Notes: a model not told the origin generated them from the letters alone. 64,000 bases of DNA from an uncultured Solirubrobacterales bacterium (GCA_963781325.1 CAWAFK010000001.1:78491-142490), one strand, 5' to 3'; counted from the first letter of the stretch, positions 19,592-30,156 are shown. A program made the numbers and translations.

Positions 19592-20008
19592 TCAGCACGC
19601 GACCGGCGTGAATGCTTGCTTGTAGCTCGCGACGAGCTTTTCGCCCACGGTCAGCACCTTCGTCAGCGCTTCTGGCAGCGAGAGGCTCGTCAGTTCGTGC
19701 GAGATGCTGCTCAGTTCCGCGGACATCTGGGCGGTGGCTTTTTCGGCCGCTTCCTTGCGCGAGCCGCTGAGCTGGCCCTGGGCCCCTTTGACCTTCTGCA
19801 GCCCTGCTTCGATCCCCTTGATGTCGTTCTGCACCGTGCTGGCGCTGGCATCGGCGAGGGTCATGCTCGTCAGGCTGTCCACGCTCGTGCTGATTTCCTT
19901 CTTGCCTTCGCACACGGTCTTTTCGGCCTTCGCCTGTGCGGATTCGCCGCACCCCGTGGCGAATGCGAGCGGCAGCAGCAGGCCGAAGAGGGCGAAACGG
20001 TAGCGCAC
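19592..20008 (-). CDS. Hypothetical lipoprotein
   Basis: Lipobox ATGC; TAACGT 6 nt upstream of the GTG suggests a leaderless transcript. Confidence 0.8.
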   Translation of the reverse strand: MRYRFALFGLLLPLAFATGCGESAQAKAEKTVCEGKKEISTSVDSLTSMTLADASASTVQNDIKGIEAGLQKVKGAQGQLSGSRKEAAEKATAQMSAELSSISHELTSLSLPEALTKVLTVGEKLVASYKQAFTPVAC

Positions 20009-20019
20009 GCCGCCACGTT

Positions 20020-20113
20020 ATGCGGACGGGGGGTGAGCGACCCTCACTCGGATCGGGTGAAAGCGGTTCGTTCTCTGTGGGTGAGGACCGCTCACCCCCC
20101 GCGGCGTGAGGAT
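20020..20113. promoter_or_regulatory. Four TCAYCC-N5-GGGTGA-type boxes at 24-bp phase in the lipoprotein/cydA divergent promoter
   Basis: Boxes start at 20020, 20044, 20068 and 20092. Confidence 0.7.
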
Positions 20114-20160
20114 CGGGCGGTCCGTTCCCGCCCATCTCCCATCCCGGAGGCTGCTCGCGG

Positions 20161-21594
20161 ATGACCAACGACCTCGCGCGCTGGCAGTTCGCGACGACGA
20201 GCATCTACCACTTCCTGTTCGTTCCCGTGACGATCGGGCTGGCCTTCCTCGTCGCGATCCTGCAGACCGCCTGGCACCGGGGCGGCAACGACGACTACCG
20301 GCGCCTGACGCGCTTCTTCGGGACGCTGCTGCTGATCAACGTCGCGGTGGGGGTCGTCACCGGCCTCGTGCAGGAGTTCGAGTTCGGGATGAACTGGTCG
20401 ACCTACTCGCGCTACGTGGGCGACGTGTTCGGCGGGCCGCTGGCGATGGAGGGGCTGGCGGCGTTCTTCCTGGAGTCCACGTTCTTGGGGCTGTGGCTGT
20501 TCGGCTGGGGGCGTCTGCCCAAGCGGATACATCTGGCCTGCATCTGGCTGGTGGCGGTCGGGGCGATGCTCTCGGCGATGTTCATCATGGTCGCCAACTC
20601 GTGGATGCAGCACCCGGTCGGCTACACGATGAACAGTCACGGCGAACCGCAGCTGTCCAACGTCGCGGCGCTCTTCACCAACCCGACGTTCCTGTGGGGG
20701 TACGTGCACGTGATCCTCGCCTCGCTGATCACCGGGGCGCTCGTGATGCTCGCGGTCGCCGCCTGGTATCTGCGCAGGCAGCGCGAGGTCGCCGCCTTCC
20801 ACAAAGCGGCGCAGCTGTCGGTGGCGGTGCTGCTCCCCTCGATCCTGCTGACGATGTTCGTGGGCAGCGAGCTGGGGGTGGTCGAGACCAAGTACCAGCC
20901 GATGAAGATCGCCGCGGCCGAGGCGCAGTGGGAAAACTGCCAGCCGTGCTCGTTCTCGCTGTTTCAGATCGGCGGCGGCAACAACGACCAGACGCCCTCG
21001 CAGATCATCGAAATACCCAAACTGCTGTCGCTGCTGGCCACCAACTCCTTCAACGGTGGAGTGGAGGGCCTCAACCAACTGCAGCGCGAATACGAAGCCA
21101 AATACGGGCCGGGCAACTACGTGCCCGACGTCTTCATCCAGTACTGGTCGATGCGGGTCATGGCCTACCTCGCGACGCTGATCGTGCTGCTGGCGCTGTG
21201 GGGCGGGTGGCTGCTGCACCGTGGCCGCTTCGACCACTCGAAGTGGTTCCTGCGCCTGTCGATCTGGGCGGTGGTCACGCCTTTCCTGATGAACACCGCC
21301 GGCTGGCTGCTCACCGAGAGCGGGCGCCAGCCGTGGATCGTGCAGGGCCTGATGAAGACCGCCAACGCCAATTCGCCTTCGGTGAGCGCCACGGAGATCG
21401 GGATCAGCCTGGCGGCGTTCGTGCTGGTGTACATCGCGCTCGGGGCAGTCGAGGTCGTGCTGATGACGCGTTACGCGCGTAAAGGCCTCGAGCCCGAGGG
21501 CGCCGACGGTGGCGAGAGCGGCTCCACGCCCGCGATCCACCCTCCGGGTGCCACCGGCGGGGGCGGGACATCGATTCCGGCGCTGACCTACTGA
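20161..21594 (+). CDS. cydA: Cytochrome bd ubiquinol oxidase subunit I
   Basis: LARWQFA..HFLFVP, EFEFGMNWS, QPMKIAA.E, TE.GRQPW. Confidence 0.97.
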   Translation: MTNDLARWQFATTSIYHFLFVPVTIGLAFLVAILQTAWHRGGNDDYRRLTRFFGTLLLINVAVGVVTGLVQEFEFGMNWSTYSRYVGDVFGGPLAMEGLAAFFLESTFLGLWLFGWGRLPKRIHLACIWLVAVGAMLSAMFIMVANSWMQHPVGYTMNSHGEPQLSNVAALFTNPTFLWGYVHVILASLITGALVMLAVAAWYLRRQREVAAFHKAAQLSVAVLLPSILLTMFVGSELGVVETKYQPMKIAAAEAQWENCQPCSFSLFQIGGGNNDQTPSQIIEIPKLLSLLATNSFNGGVEGLNQLQREYEAKYGPGNYVPDVFIQYWSMRVMAYLATLIVLLALWGGWLLHRGRFDHSKWFLRLSIWAVVTPFLMNTAGWLLTESGRQPWIVQGLMKTANANSPSVSATEIGISLAAFVLVYIALGAVEVVLMTRYARKGLEPEGADGGESGSTPAIHPPGATGGGGTSIPALTY

Positions 21595-21604
21595 GGAGAT
21601 CGAG

Positions 21605-22624
21605 GTGCATCTGCACACACTCTGGTTTGTGATCCTCGCGATCCTGTGGGTGGGGTTCTTCGTGCTGGAGGGCTTCGACTTCGGCGTCGGCGCGTTGCAC
21701 AAGCTCGTCGGGCGCACCGAAACCGAGCGGCGCGTGGCGATCAACACGATCGGCCCCTGGTGGGACGGCAACGAGGTGTGGCTGGTCGTGGCCGGCGCCG
21801 GCACGTTCGCGGCCTTTCCGGCGTGGTATGCGACGATGTTCTCCGCCCTCTACCTGGCGCTGCTGCTAGTGCTGCTCGCGCTGATGGCGCGCGGGGTGGC
21901 GTTCGAGTTCAGGGGCAAGAGCGAGGATCCGCGCTGGCGGGCGACATGGGCGTGGTGCACGACGTTCGGCAGCCTCTTGATCCCGCTGCTGATCGGCGTC
22001 GGCCTCGGCGACCTGCTGAACGGTCTGCCGATCGACTCCCACCACGACTTCACCGGCAACTTCTTCGACCTGCTCACCCCCTACGGCCTGTGGACCGGAG
22101 TGACGCTGCTCGGGCTGTGCCTCCTGCACGGCGCCACGTTCCTGAAGCTGCGCACGACTGGCGAGGTGCGCGAGCGCGCGCGCGCCGCCGCGCGGCCGCT
22201 GGGCTGGGCGGCGATCGCGCTGGTGGTCGGCTTCGTGGCCTGGACGCTCTCTGTCGCCGACCACACCCAGGTCCCGGGACCCGTGCAGGTGCTGGCGGTG
22301 ATCGCGGTCGTGTTCGCCGCGCGGCTGGCCAGCAGCGACCACGATGGCTGGGCCTTCACCGCCTCAGCGGTCGCGATCGCCGCGACGGTCGGCTCGATCT
22401 TCATCGACCTGTATCCGCGCGTGATGGTGTCCAGCACCAGCACCGCCTACAACCTCACCGTGAACAACGCCGCGTCCGGGCACTACGCGCTGGTCGTGAT
22501 GTCGATCGTCGTGGTGATCTTCCTGCCGCTGGTGCTGCTCTACCAGGGCTGGTCGTTCTACATCTTTCGCGCCCGCGTGAGCGCTCCCGCGGAGCGGGCC
22601 CAGGATCTATATGTAGCGCAGTGA
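21605..22624 (+). CDS. cydB: Cytochrome bd ubiquinol oxidase subunit II
   Basis: LEGFDFGVG, GPWWDGNEVWL, FAAFP.WY, RGVAFEFR. Confidence 0.97.
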   Translation: MHLHTLWFVILAILWVGFFVLEGFDFGVGALHKLVGRTETERRVAINTIGPWWDGNEVWLVVAGAGTFAAFPAWYATMFSALYLALLLVLLALMARGVAFEFRGKSEDPRWRATWAWCTTFGSLLIPLLIGVGLGDLLNGLPIDSHHDFTGNFFDLLTPYGLWTGVTLLGLCLLHGATFLKLRTTGEVRERARAAARPLGWAAIALVVGFVAWTLSVADHTQVPGPVQVLAVIAVVFAARLASSDHDGWAFTASAVAIAATVGSIFIDLYPRVMVSSTSTAYNLTVNNAASGHYALVVMSIVVVIFLPLVLLYQGWSFYIFRARVSAPAERAQDLYVAQ

Positions 22625-23491
22625 CGGGGCCTTGGCGACGCGCTGCAGATATGCTTCGAGCTGGGCTTGGCTCGTACCCGTGAAGTTCGCCCCCGTGACC
22701 TTGTTGATGCGGTCCGGCGTCACGTAGGCCCACGCCTCGTCGCACTGCTTTTCCAGGAATGTCGGGGTCAGCAGCACACGTCGCGCCCATGTCAGCGCCG
22801 CGAAGTGCTCTCCGTCGGGCCGGCCGACCATCGGGATGCAGTGGCCGTCGAGTTTTTCGGAGCCCGCCACGTTGGTCCACACGGGCGTGGATCCGTTCTG
22901 TTCGGCGGCGTTGAACGCTTCCATCTGCGCCTGGCCGATCTGCACGCCCAGCGGTAGCCCCTCGAAGAAGTACAGCGCCTCGAGCAGGTGCTGCAGGTTG
23001 CCGGGTTCCAGTTCGACGAACGGTCCGATCTTGTGCCGCGTCCCGGCCGTGTCGAGGATGCCGGTCTGCTGCATGTAGGTCAGGCGCGTGCGGATTTCCG
23101 TGCCGTTGTCGCCTTCGCCCGTTTCCGGATTGAAGCCCGTCTCGCTTGCGTATTCGCCGACCACGACCGCCGTGTCGAACAGCCCGGCCACCGCCGCGGG
23201 AGGCTGTCCCGCGTCCGTCAGGCTCTCCATCACCTCATGCGCCGCAGCTGCCCACACGCAGTCACCGCAGCCTTCCCACGGATCCGTGTAATTGGCGGGC
23301 GCCGCGGGTTCTCCCGGGATGCTCGGGCCGTTGCCGAGCATCAGCCAGTCCTTGTACGTCTCGCCGTGACCGAACGTAGCGGGCACGGCCGGTAGCAGCC
23401 CGGCCGCCTTCAGGGGCAGACGCAGGTCCGCCCAGCGGAGATCCTCGGGGTGGTACACGGGGTCCTTCTTGCCCAGTTTCAGCGCGCTCAT
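22607..23491 (-). CDS. Hypothetical protein with papain-like cysteine-protease motifs
   Basis: MLGN, GCGDCVWA, GHCIPMVG, LTWA, CDEAW; Cys-His order of papain-fold peptidases. Confidence 0.6.
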   Translation of the reverse strand: MSALKLGKKDPVYHPEDLRWADLRLPLKAAGLLPAVPATFGHGETYKDWLMLGNGPSIPGEPAAPANYTDPWEGCGDCVWAAAAHEVMESLTDAGQPPAAVAGLFDTAVVVGEYASETGFNPETGEGDNGTEIRTRLTYMQQTGILDTAGTRHKIGPFVELEPGNLQHLLEALYFFEGLPLGVQIGQAQMEAFNAAEQNGSTPVWTNVAGSEKLDGHCIPMVGRPDGEHFAALTWARRVLLTPTFLEKQCDEAWAYVTPDRINKVTGANFTGTSQAQLEAYLQRVAKAPSLRYI

Positions 23492-23753
23492 AGTTTCGAC
23501 GACTCCCTGGAGATGGATGGATCCGAACCGCGATGGGTCGGGACGATGCGATCTACTGAGCGCGACAGCTCAACAGATCGAACCCGGGATCATAGCTCAT
23601 GGAAACGCAAGCAAAATGTAAAGATCGGGTATCCAAAACCGCCGATGTTCGCCGGCGCTCGCCTGCCAGAGTTGGCATTTGACGAACGGTTAGCTGTTAT
23701 GGAGTTGCTCGGGTCGGGGTCTGAGCAGACCGCTCGGGGAGGCCCGGAGCCAT

Positions 23754-25058
23754 TCACGGCGCCTTCGGCAGCTCCCCCTCGATCACCTGGTTCTGGAGTT
23801 TGCCCAGCCGCGAGGTGACCCAGTCGATCAGCACCTTCAGGCGCTGCCCGGGGACGCCGCCGAGGTAGTACATGTGAACGGTGAGGTAGGTGAAGAAGGC
23901 GGGCCGCCCGGAGAGCTCGAGGCCGCGGATCGCGCACACCGCCCGCCCGCGCCCGACCACCGCGAGGGCGCCCTTGTCGAGGTAGTGAAACGGTGTGGAG
24001 GCACTCGGCGCGCCGGCGCGGATCGCCCTGGCGACGTGGCGGGCCTGCTGGATCGCGACGGTGGCCAGCCCCGGCAGCGGCTTGCCGTTCGGCGCGGTCA
24101 ACGAGGTGGCGTCGCCGACCATCGAGATCTCGCGGTGCCCGGGGACTGTCAGGTCGGGTTCGATCTGCACGCGCCCCGCGCGGTCGGTGCTCGCGCCGGT
24201 CGCCTGCGCGAGTGTGGCGGCGAAGGGAACGGCGTGCACGCCCGCGGCCCATATCACGGTGCGGGCGGCGATCCGCTCCTGCGTTGCCTCCCCGCCCGGC
24301 TGAGAGCCACCGCCCACCTCGATGGTCACGCCGCGCTCGTCGATCGCGGTGGCGCGGGCGCGCTCGCGCACGATGACGCCGATCGACGCGAGCTCCTTGG
24401 CGGCCTTGCGCGAGAGGCGCTCGCTGAACGCGGAGACGACGCGCTCGCCGGCGTCGAGCAGGATCACGCGGGTGTCGCGGGGTTGGATCCGATCGTAGTC
24501 GCGGCTCATCGTGTCTTTGGAGATGATCGCCAGCTCCCCGGCGACCTCCACGCCGGTGGGCCCGCCGCCGATCACGACGAACGTCATCAGCTCGCGGCGC
24601 TCCTGCTCGTCGTCGGTGCGCTCGGCGCGCTCGAACGCGCCATAGATGCGGTTGCGCAGCTCGATCGCGTCGGCGAGGGTCTTCAGTCCGCACGTCACCT
24701 CGCTCCACGCATCGTTGCCGAAGTAGGAGGTGTGCGCCCCGCAGGCGACGATCAGGCTGTCGTAGTCGAGGCGTTCGCCGCCGTCGAGCTCCACCTGGTG
24801 GCGCTCGGCGTCAAGGCCGGTGGCGGCTGCCATCAGCACCGTGGTGTTGTCGTTGCGGCGCAGCGCGGAGCGGATCGGCGGGGCGATCTCACCGGCGGAG
24901 AGGCCGCCGCAGGCGACCTGGTAGAGCAGCGGCTGGAAGAGGTGGTGGTGGACGCGATCGACGAGTGTCACGTCCACGTCTGCGTGGCGCAGCTCGTGCG
25001 CGGCGGCGAGGCCGCCGAAGCCGCCGCCGACGATCACCACCTTACGGCGGTCGCTCAC
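23754..25058 (-). CDS. ndh: Type II NADH dehydrogenase
   Basis: GGGFGG, HLFQPLLYQVA, GGGPTGVE.AG, WAAGV, A.QQ, Y.DKG. Confidence 0.92.
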   Translation of the reverse strand: MSDRRKVVIVGGGFGGLAAAHELRHADVDVTLVDRVHHHLFQPLLYQVACGGLSAGEIAPPIRSALRRNDNTTVLMAAATGLDAERHQVELDGGERLDYDSLIVACGAHTSYFGNDAWSEVTCGLKTLADAIELRNRIYGAFERAERTDDEQERRELMTFVVIGGGPTGVEVAGELAIISKDTMSRDYDRIQPRDTRVILLDAGERVVSAFSERLSRKAAKELASIGVIVRERARATAIDERGVTIEVGGGSQPGGEATQERIAARTVIWAAGVHAVPFAATLAQATGASTDRAGRVQIEPDLTVPGHREISMVGDATSLTAPNGKPLPGLATVAIQQARHVARAIRAGAPSASTPFHYLDKGALAVVGRGRAVCAIRGLELSGRPAFFTYLTVHMYYLGGVPGQRLKVLIDWVTSRLGKLQNQVIEGELPKAP

Positions 25059-26680
25059 CCGGTATCGGCTCCCAGTCGCTCCAGCAGGTGATCGCCGACG
25101 CGCACGGCGTTGGCGATCGCGGTGAGCGCGGGGTTGACGGCGGAGATGCTGGGGAAGAAGCTGGTGTCCACGACGTACAGGTTGTCGAGCTCGTGCGCGC
25201 GGCAGTCGGTGTCGAGGGCCGAGGTGGCGGGGTCCGAGCCGAAGCGGCAGGTGCCGGCCTGGTGGGCGACGCCGGCGACGGGGATCTTGTTCTCGAGGTA
25301 GGCCCAGCGGGGGATCAGGTGGTGCTCGTGCATTCCGAGGTGCTTGAGCAGCGAGCGCAGCTGCTCGAGCAGGCGGTCGCGGGCGCCGTCGTTGGAGGAG
25401 GAGTAGGCGAGCGTCAGCTTGCCGTCGCGATCGACGGTGACGCGGTTCTCGGCCTGGGGGATGTCCTCGGTGGAGAGCCAGAAGTCGACCGCATGCTCGG
25501 CCACCTCGTTCAGCGAGAGGCCGAAGGGGGCGAGTTTGGTGATCAGGGGCTTCTCGCCGCGGTACATGTCGGGCACGGACTTGCCCACCATCTGGATGTT
25601 GCCCATCGGGAACTCCCAGGCGTCGGAGGCGAAGTAGTAGTCGTTGACGCCGAGCGTCTTCTGGAAGACCGTGGGGTTGGGCTCTTTGGAGATCGCCAGC
25701 ACCGCCTGGCTGTTGTGGAACATGTAGTTGCGCCCGACCTGGTCGGAGCCGTTGGCGAGGCCGGCGGGGTGCTTGTCGGTGACGGAGCTCAGCAGCAGCT
25801 TGGCGGTGTTGGCGGCGCCGCAGGAGACGACGACGATGTCGGCGGCGTAGGTTTCCCGGGTGCCCCTGCCCGACTCGTTCCCGCCGCCCGCCTCACTCTG
25901 GCCGCCCCTCCCGCCTCCGTCTCCATTGCGCTCCACCACAACTTCCGTGACGGCGCTGCCGGTGGCGTTGGTGCGCAGCTCAACGGCGGTGGCCCCGGTG
26001 AGCAGCGTCACGTTGGGGTGCTCGAGCGCGGGCCGTACACCGAGCACCTCGGCGTCGGACTTGGCGTGCACGAGGCAGGGAAAGCCGTCGCAGGTCGAGC
26101 AGCGCACGCAGGCGCTGTAGGGCATGTTGTCCTCGCGCAGCATCACCCCGCACGGGGCGTGGAAGGGGTGCAGGCCCGCCGCGGCGAAGTCATCGGCGAG
26201 TTGCGCGATGCGTGGCTCGTGCGAGACGGCGGGGTGGGGGTAGGGCGCGCTCGCGGGCGGTTCGGTGGGGTCCTCGCCGCGCGCACCGTGCACTTCGTAG
26301 AGCTGCTCGGCCTTCGTGTAGTAGGGCTCCATCTCCTCGTAGGGGATCGGCCACGCGGGGGAGATGCCGCCGTGGTGGCGCAGCTCGCCGAAGTCCTCTT
26401 TGCGCATCCGGTACAGCGCGGCGCCGTACAGCTTGGTCGCGCCGCCGACGTAGTAGTGGACCTGCGGCTGAAAGGGCTTGCCCTCGCCGTCATACCAGGT
26501 GTCGGGGGAGACGTAGCGGTTGTCGACGAACACGTCGGCGGCCGACCAGTTGGCGGGCTCGCGGGGCAGCCAATCGCCGCGCTCGAGCAGCAGGATGCGC
26601 TTGCCCGACGGCGCGAGGTGGCGCGCGAGCGTGCCCCCGCCGGCGCCGCTGCCGATGACGATGACGTCGTAGGAGTCCAT
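25055..26680 (-). CDS. GMC-family oxidoreductase
   Basis: YDVIVIGSGAGG, GGATKLYGA, VGRNYMFH, AHQAGT.RFG, VNPALT; start MDSYD at 26680. Confidence 0.93.
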   Translation of the reverse strand: MDSYDVIVIGSGAGGGTLARHLAPSGKRILLLERGDWLPREPANWSAADVFVDNRYVSPDTWYDGEGKPFQPQVHYYVGGATKLYGAALYRMRKEDFGELRHHGGISPAWPIPYEEMEPYYTKAEQLYEVHGARGEDPTEPPASAPYPHPAVSHEPRIAQLADDFAAAGLHPFHAPCGVMLREDNMPYSACVRCSTCDGFPCLVHAKSDAEVLGVRPALEHPNVTLLTGATAVELRTNATGSAVTEVVVERNGDGGGRGGQSEAGGGNESGRGTRETYAADIVVVSCGAANTAKLLLSSVTDKHPAGLANGSDQVGRNYMFHNSQAVLAISKEPNPTVFQKTLGVNDYYFASDAWEFPMGNIQMVGKSVPDMYRGEKPLITKLAPFGLSLNEVAEHAVDFWLSTEDIPQAENRVTVDRDGKLTLAYSSSNDGARDRLLEQLRSLLKHLGMHEHHLIPRWAYLENKIPVAGVAHQAGTCRFGSDPATSALDTDCRAHELDNLYVVDTSFFPSISAVNPALTAIANAVRVGDHLLERLGADTG

Positions 26681-28593
26681 CACGAGATCTCTGCGAGGCG
26701 CTCGGCGAGGATGATGCGCGAGGCGGCCTCGATCAGCGCGAGATGGGAGAAGGCCTGGGGGAAGTTGCCGAGGTGCCGCCCGGTGGAGGTGTCGAACTCC
26801 TCGGCGTACAGCCCCAGCGGGGAGGCGACGCGCAGCAGCCGTTCCATCAGGTCGCGCGCGCGCTGCTCCTCGCCGACGATCGCCAGCGCCGACACCAGCC
26901 AGAAGGAGCAGATCAGGAAGCTGCCCTCCTTGCCGGACATGCCGTCGTCGGTCTCGCCGGTGCGGTAGCGCAGCACGAAGCCGTCCTCGGTCAGATCGTC
27001 GGCGATCGCCAGCACGGAGGCCTTCAGGCGCTCGTCGCCGGGGGGCAGGAAGCCGAAGATCGCGGCCAGCAGCGTGGAGGCGTCGAGCGCGTCGGTGTCG
27101 TAGTGCTGGCGCAGGACGCCCGCCTTGGTGAGGCCGTGGGCGAGGATGTCGGCGCGGATCTCCTCGGCGGTGGCGCCCCAGGACTCCTGGCGCTTGGCGT
27201 CGCCGCGCATCGCGGCGAGCTTGGCGGCGCGGTCCATCGCGACCCAGCACATCAGCTTCGAGGAGACGTAGTGCTGGGGCGCGCCGCGGGCCTCCCAGAT
27301 GCCCTGATCGGGTTCGCCCCACACGCGGGTGGCGCATTCGGCCTGGGCCTCGACGATTGGCCACAGCCGCCGGGGCAGGCGCTGGGAACGACGGCTGTGC
27401 AGGAAGATCGAATCGAGGGCGGCCCCGAAGACGTCGTTCTGACGCTGGTCGAAGGCGCCGTTGCCGACGCGCACGGGGCTCGCACCGGCGTAGCCGGAGA
27501 GATCGTCGCGAGTGGTCTCGGTCAGGTCGCGCCGTCCGTCGATCCCGTACATGATCTGCAGCGCCCCGTCCCCGTTGCACTCCAAGTCGGCGACGAACTG
27601 CATGAACTCCTGGGCCTCCCAGTCGAGATTGAGGTAGTGCAGCGCCTGCAGCGTGAAGGTGGAGTCGCGCAGCCAGGTGTAGCGGTAGTCCCAGTTGCGC
27701 TCGCCGCCGGGGGTCTCGGGCAGCGAGGTCGTGAGCGCGGCGACGGTCGCGCCGGTGGGCATGTAGGTGAGGCCCTTGATCGCCAGCGCGGAGCGCTGGA
27801 TCGGCTCGCGCCAGCGGTGGTCGGGCAGCCGGGCGCGGCCGAGCCAGTCACGCCAGTAGCGACCGGTGGTGGCGAGGCGGGCGTTGGCGTCGTCGACGTC
27901 GGCAGGCCCCTCCAGGTGCCCGCCCCAGGAGAGGGAGCAGAAGATCTGCTCGCCCTGTTTGAGCACGTGGCGGGCCCTCACCCAGTCGCCCTCGACGCCG
28001 AGCGCCATGTCGGTGTGCAGGCGGATCGTGAGCCCGGCGCCGCTCGCATCGGCCTGGTGGCCATCCTCCGCGACGCTCCATTCGGCGGGGACGCGGCCGT
28101 AGTCGAAGACCGGTTCGCAGGTGAGCTCGACCTCGACTTCGCCCTCGATGCAGAACGCGACGCGCACGAGCAGGTGCTCGGCGTCTTCGTCGGTGGGGGG
28201 CCGGGTGTGGGGGGTGACGATGTCCACGCCGCGGCGGGGCCCAAGGGTGAGCGCGTCGCGCACGGCGACCCACCCGCTCGACGTAGTCCAGGTCGTGAGC
28301 AGCGTGTTGGTGCCGGGCTCGTACACGCGCGCGGTGGGCACGTTGATCCCGAACGGCCCGAACCGGAACGCCCCGGCCTCGCGGTCGAGCAGCGTGCCGA
28401 ACACCGAAGGCGCGTCGAAGCGCGGCACGCACAACCAGTCGATCGCCCCGTCGGGGGCGACCAGCGCGCCGGTGTGGCAATCCGACAGGAAGGCGTAGTC
28501 GGCGATCGGCGGAAAGGGCGAGGGCGCGGCGGCGCTCTGGGGGGCGGTGTCGCCATGTGGCGCGGCGGCGCTCTTGGGGGCGGTGTCGCTCAC
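26680..28593 (-). CDS. Glycoside hydrolase family 15 (trehalase/glucoamylase-like)
   Basis: IADYAFLSDC, TTSLPE..GG.RNWDYRYTWLRD, GIWE.R, LGNFPQAFSH; GTG start overlaps the zwf stop. Confidence 0.93.
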   Translation of the reverse strand: MSDTAPKSAAAPHGDTAPQSAAAPSPFPPIADYAFLSDCHTGALVAPDGAIDWLCVPRFDAPSVFGTLLDREAGAFRFGPFGINVPTARVYEPGTNTLLTTWTTSSGWVAVRDALTLGPRRGVDIVTPHTRPPTDEDAEHLLVRVAFCIEGEVEVELTCEPVFDYGRVPAEWSVAEDGHQADASGAGLTIRLHTDMALGVEGDWVRARHVLKQGEQIFCSLSWGGHLEGPADVDDANARLATTGRYWRDWLGRARLPDHRWREPIQRSALAIKGLTYMPTGATVAALTTSLPETPGGERNWDYRYTWLRDSTFTLQALHYLNLDWEAQEFMQFVADLECNGDGALQIMYGIDGRRDLTETTRDDLSGYAGASPVRVGNGAFDQRQNDVFGAALDSIFLHSRRSQRLPRRLWPIVEAQAECATRVWGEPDQGIWEARGAPQHYVSSKLMCWVAMDRAAKLAAMRGDAKRQESWGATAEEIRADILAHGLTKAGVLRQHYDTDALDASTLLAAIFGFLPPGDERLKASVLAIADDLTEDGFVLRYRTGETDDGMSGKEGSFLICSFWLVSALAIVGEEQRARDLMERLLRVASPLGLYAEEFDTSTGRHLGNFPQAFSHLALIEAASRIILAERLAEIS

Positions 28594-30035
28594 TTGGCCA
28601 CCCATGGCCCGTGCCAGCCGCCGAAGCTGCTCACTAGGCGATCGGCCTCCTTGGGTCCCCATGACCCCGGCGCGTAGGGGTGGACGGGCGGAGGAGCGTT
28701 CAACAGCGGTTCGAAGATGCGCCACGCCTCCTCGACGCCGTCCTGGCGGGTGAAGCGGGTGCTGTCCCCGCGCATGGCGTCGAGCAGCAGCACCTCGTAA
28801 GGGGTGGGGGCCTCGCCGCCCTCCTCGGCGAACTCCATGTCCAGCGTGATCGCCTTGGGCCCGCCGGCGTCGGCACGGTGGGCGTCGAGGATCACCCGCG
28901 TGCCGGTGGAGGGGTCGAGCTTGACGACGAGCTGGTTGGGCTCGGGGCGGCGGTGCCCGTGTTCCATGAAGCCGAGGCGGGGGGGATGGCGGAAGACGAC
29001 GCGCAACTCGGTCTGGGTGACGGGGAGCTTCTTGCCGGTGCGGATGAACCAGGGCACCCCGGACCAGCGCCAGTTGTCGATCTCCAGGCGTATTGCGGCG
29101 TAGGTCTCGGTGGTGGAGTCCTTGGCGACGCCGTCGATGTCGAGGTAACCGTCGTACTGCCCGCGCACGTAATGGGCGGGGTCTGCGTCGGCGGTGGAGC
29201 GGAAGACGGCGTACTTGGCGTCCTTGAAAGTCTCGGCGTCGTTGCCAGCCGGCGCCTCCATCGCGGCCACGGCGACGACCTGCATGAGGTGGTTGACCAC
29301 GACGTCGCGTACGGCGCCGACGGGGTCGTAGAAGTGCCCGCGGTCCTCGACGCCGAAGCTCTCGGCCATCGTGATCTGCACGCAGGCGATGTGGTTGCGG
29401 TTCCAGATCGGCTCGATCATCGTGTTGCCGAAGCGCAGGTAGAGGAACTCGTCGGTGCCCATCTTGCCGAGGAAGTGGTCGATCCGATACAGCTGCGACT
29501 CCTCGATCGACTGGTGGATTTCGGCGGCGAGCTCCCGCGCTGAGGCCAGATCGTGGCCGAACGGCTTCTCGACCACGACGCGCCCGCTCTTGGTGAGACC
29601 GGCGGCGGCGAGCTGTTTGATCACGGGCCCGAACAGGAAGGGGGGGATCTCCAGGTAGAAGACGGGGCTGCTCACGTCGCCGACGGCGGTGGCGAGGCGC
29701 TCGTAGGTGGCGGCGTCGGTGAAGTCGCCGCTGAGGAACGACAACCGTGCGGCGAAGCGCGCGAAGACGTCGTCGTCCACCGTTTCGCCGGTCCCTTCGA
29801 TGCACTTGCGGGCGTGCTCGCGCAGGTGCTCGACGGTCCAATCGTCGCCGGCGACGCCGACGATCGGGCAGCTCAATAGGCCGCGGCGCTCCAGGCGGTA
29901 GAGCGAGTGGAAGGTCATCACCTTGGCAAGGTCGCCGGTGATGCCGAACACGACGAGCACGTCTGCGGGCGGAGCCTCGCTCGAGCTCCCTGCGCGTGTG
30001 GCGGTGTGCTTAGCGGTTTTTACAGCTGTGCTCAT
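28590..30035 (-). CDS. zwf: Glucose-6-phosphate 1-dehydrogenase
   Basis: FGITGDLA, EKPFG, RIDHFLGK, WRW.GVP..RTGK. Confidence 0.95.
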   Translation of the reverse strand: MSTAVKTAKHTATRAGSSSEAPPADVLVVFGITGDLAKVMTFHSLYRLERRGLLSCPIVGVAGDDWTVEHLREHARKCIEGTGETVDDDVFARFAARLSFLSGDFTDAATYERLATAVGDVSSPVFYLEIPPFLFGPVIKQLAAAGLTKSGRVVVEKPFGHDLASARELAAEIHQSIEESQLYRIDHFLGKMGTDEFLYLRFGNTMIEPIWNRNHIACVQITMAESFGVEDRGHFYDPVGAVRDVVVNHLMQVVAVAAMEAPAGNDAETFKDAKYAVFRSTADADPAHYVRGQYDGYLDIDGVAKDSTTETYAAIRLEIDNWRWSGVPWFIRTGKKLPVTQTELRVVFRHPPRLGFMEHGHRRPEPNQLVVKLDPSTGTRVILDAHRADAGGPKAITLDMEFAEEGGEAPTPYEVLLLDAMRGDSTRFTRQDGVEEAWRIFEPLLNAPPPVHPYAPGSWGPKEADRLVSSFGGWHGPWVAK

Positions 30036-30115
30036 GATTTTGCTCCCCAGCCCTTATGGTCGATTGCGGTTGTGCGCGGTTGCGGCCGATCGGGCGCTGC
30101 CGGGACCTTATGTCT

Positions 30116-30156
30116 CCCGCCGCGGTGGGTGGTCCCACATCGCCCGATCGGGGTGA
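30116..30156. promoter_or_regulatory. Operator box plus phased half-site in the zwf/CLC divergent promoter
   Basis: TCGCCC-N5-GGGTGA at 30140-30156; GGGTGG half-site ending 24 bp earlier. Confidence 0.55.

Noticed and set aside
26680-29841. 1053-aa zwf-GH15 fusion and 841-aa extended GMC protein
   Set aside because: The upstream portions are off-frame overlaps with neighbouring genes; the true starts are at 28593 and 26680.
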